Shown here: piece after piece, positions 62,405-64,000 of the stretch | Layout of the letters: the number at the start of each line of letters is the position of its first letter | Numbering within the stretch: position 1 is the stretch's first letter | Origin: Arcobacteraceae bacterium | GTDB lineage: Bacteria; Campylobacterota; Campylobacteria; Campylobacterales; Arcobacteraceae | Direction of reading: 5' to 3' | Assembly (NCBI GenBank): GCA_965224485.1 | Contig: CBDCZH010000015.1 | Coordinates: forward strand, 192,001 to 256,000 | DNA: 64,000 nt | Made by a program: the position numbers and the translations under genes | Notes under the pieces: generated by a model | What the model saw: the letters and a program-made list of their open reading frames with translations, nothing else | The model's database searches: none | Told to the model about the DNA's origin: nothing

Positions 62405-63991
62405 TTGAAATTTTTTAATAAACTAACAATAAGTAGTGTTATATTAACACTACTTATTTCTATTCCCGCCCTACTAATATTAGCAAATATTTTCACACCA
62501 ACTAGTGAGATCTGGATACACTTAAAAGATACAGTTTTGAGTGAGTATATATATAACTCTTTATATATAATGTTGGGAGTAGCCCTTTTAACTTCTGTTA
62601 TTGGTTTCTCAACTGCTTATATTACAACTATGTATAGTTTTACTTTCTCAAAATTCTATCACTATGCTCTAATTTTGCCTTTTGCAATTCCTACTTATAT
62701 TGTTTCTTATGTATATGCAGGAATGTTTGATATAACAGGTTCTGTAACTATGTTTATTTTAGGTCTTTTAGGAAAAGAAAATATTACACAAGTATATTTT
62801 ATGGATATTATGTCCATACAAGGTGCTGTATTAGTAATGTCTTTAGTTCTATATCCTTATGTATACTTAATCTCAAAAACATATTTAATAGCAGAATCTT
62901 CATCTATTATAGATGCTTCAAAAACAATGGGTTTATCACCTTTTAAAACATTTAGAAAAGTAATCATACCAATTTCTAGACCTGCTATTGTTGCAGGAAC
63001 TATTTTAGCAGTTATGGAAGCAGTTGCTGATTTTGGTGTAGTTGATTATTATGGAATTCCTACTTTTGTAACAGGTATATTTAGCACTTGGTACGGTATG
63101 GGATCAGTGCAAGATGCTTCAAAACTAGCCTCAATGTTAATGTTATTTATATTTACTTTAATATTTTTAGAAAGATTCCAAAGACGAAATATAAAATATA
63201 GATCATCTGGAAAAGATTTTGCTCCAATTTCAAAAAAGAAGCTAAAAGGGAAACATAATGTTCTAGCCTTCTTATTATGTTTCTTTCCTGTATTTTTTGG
63301 TTTTATTTTACCATTTGCTCAAATGTGTTATTGGTTCTCTTTAACATATATGGATATTATTGATGAAGATTTTTTAAGAATTATTATTCAAACTGTATCT
63401 TTAGGATTAATAGGCTCACTTCTAATAACAGTTTTGGGTTTTATTTTTGTATATAATGTAAGACTACATAAGAGTAAAATTTCTGATAACTTAACACAAA
63501 TTGTAAAACTAGGATATTCTATTCCAGGTGCTGTTGTAGCTGTTGGAGTATTAAGTTTATTTGGAATATTAAATAAAAGTTTTGATATTGTTTTATCTGG
63601 AACCATTCTATCTGTACTATTTGCTTATTGCGTAAGATTTTTAGCCATTTCTATAAATAACTACGAAGCAGGTTTTTCAAAAATTCCCAAGTCTTATGAT
63701 GATGCTTCATCTACAATGAGTTTAAATGAAAATTCAAAATTAAGAAAAGTAATTTTCCCTTTAATTAAAAACTCAGCCCTAGCTTCAGCAATAGTTATAT
63801 TTATAGAAATAATAAAAGAACTGCCACTAACAATGATTTTAAGACCTTTTAACTTTGATACCTTAGCTGTATATTCTCATGAATTAGTATCTCAAGCACA
63901 AGTTTATGAATCTTCAGTTCCTGCTATGTTTATAGTAGTTTTAGGAATAATTTCAGTATTAGTATTAGCAAAAAAAATGATTAAGGACTAA
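62405..63991 (+). CDS. Fe3+ ABC transporter permease (FbpB-like)
   Basis: LPFAIPTY, LYPYVY, RPAIVAG, GYSIPGAV, KELPLT..LRPFNFDTLA; duplicated permease domains. Confidence 0.92.
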   Translation: MKFFNKLTISSVILTLLISIPALLILANIFTPTSEIWIHLKDTVLSEYIYNSLYIMLGVALLTSVIGFSTAYITTMYSFTFSKFYHYALILPFAIPTYIVSYVYAGMFDITGSVTMFILGLLGKENITQVYFMDIMSIQGAVLVMSLVLYPYVYLISKTYLIAESSSIIDASKTMGLSPFKTFRKVIIPISRPAIVAGTILAVMEAVADFGVVDYYGIPTFVTGIFSTWYGMGSVQDASKLASMLMLFIFTLIFLERFQRRNIKYRSSGKDFAPISKKKLKGKHNVLAFLLCFFPVFFGFILPFAQMCYWFSLTYMDIIDEDFLRIIIQTVSLGLIGSLLITVLGFIFVYNVRLHKSKISDNLTQIVKLGYSIPGAVVAVGVLSLFGILNKSFDIVLSGTILSVLFAYCVRFLAISINNYEAGFSKIPKSYDDASSTMSLNENSKLRKVIFPLIKNSALASAIVIFIEIIKELPLTMILRPFNFDTLAVYSHELVSQAQVYESSVPAMFIVVLGIISVLVLAKKMIKD

Positions 63992-64000
63992 AATGACAAG

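Overview
AT-rich chromosomal window from a Campylobacterota bacterium. The 16S V1 region, gene content and unfused rpoB/rpoC suggest Arcobacteraceae (inferred from recognition, no search run). Bases 1-21,000 are largely accessory. They carry a TauE/SafE exporter divergent from an atypical three-CxxCH cytochrome c peroxidase-like gene and a membrane-anchored pentahaem cytochrome; a CDF metal exporter with a CsoR/RcnR-type operator; a ClC channel; rlmF; a two-component system with SQR-like flavoprotein, DUF1641-like protein and rhodanese; a GNAT-LysE-racemase operon; and an AAA+/PD-(D/E)XK gene preceded by a 94-bp palindrome. Bases 21,400-58,500 are core genome: the tRNA-tuf-rpmG-secE-nusG-rplKAJL-rpoBC cluster, cell-wall genes, glnA, moaDE, mqnA and an rRNA operon with no tRNA in the spacer. 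The window ends in a putative Fur-regulated Fe3+ ABC transporter. rpoC and the 3' end of rpoB are broken by many single-base indels confined to about 21.2-26.8 kb, most likely local sequencing or assembly error. The best candidates for an undescribed system are the Ccp-like/pentahaem pair (903-3951) and the non-canonical SQR-like locus (9528-13914). No CRISPR array, transposase or integrase was seen.
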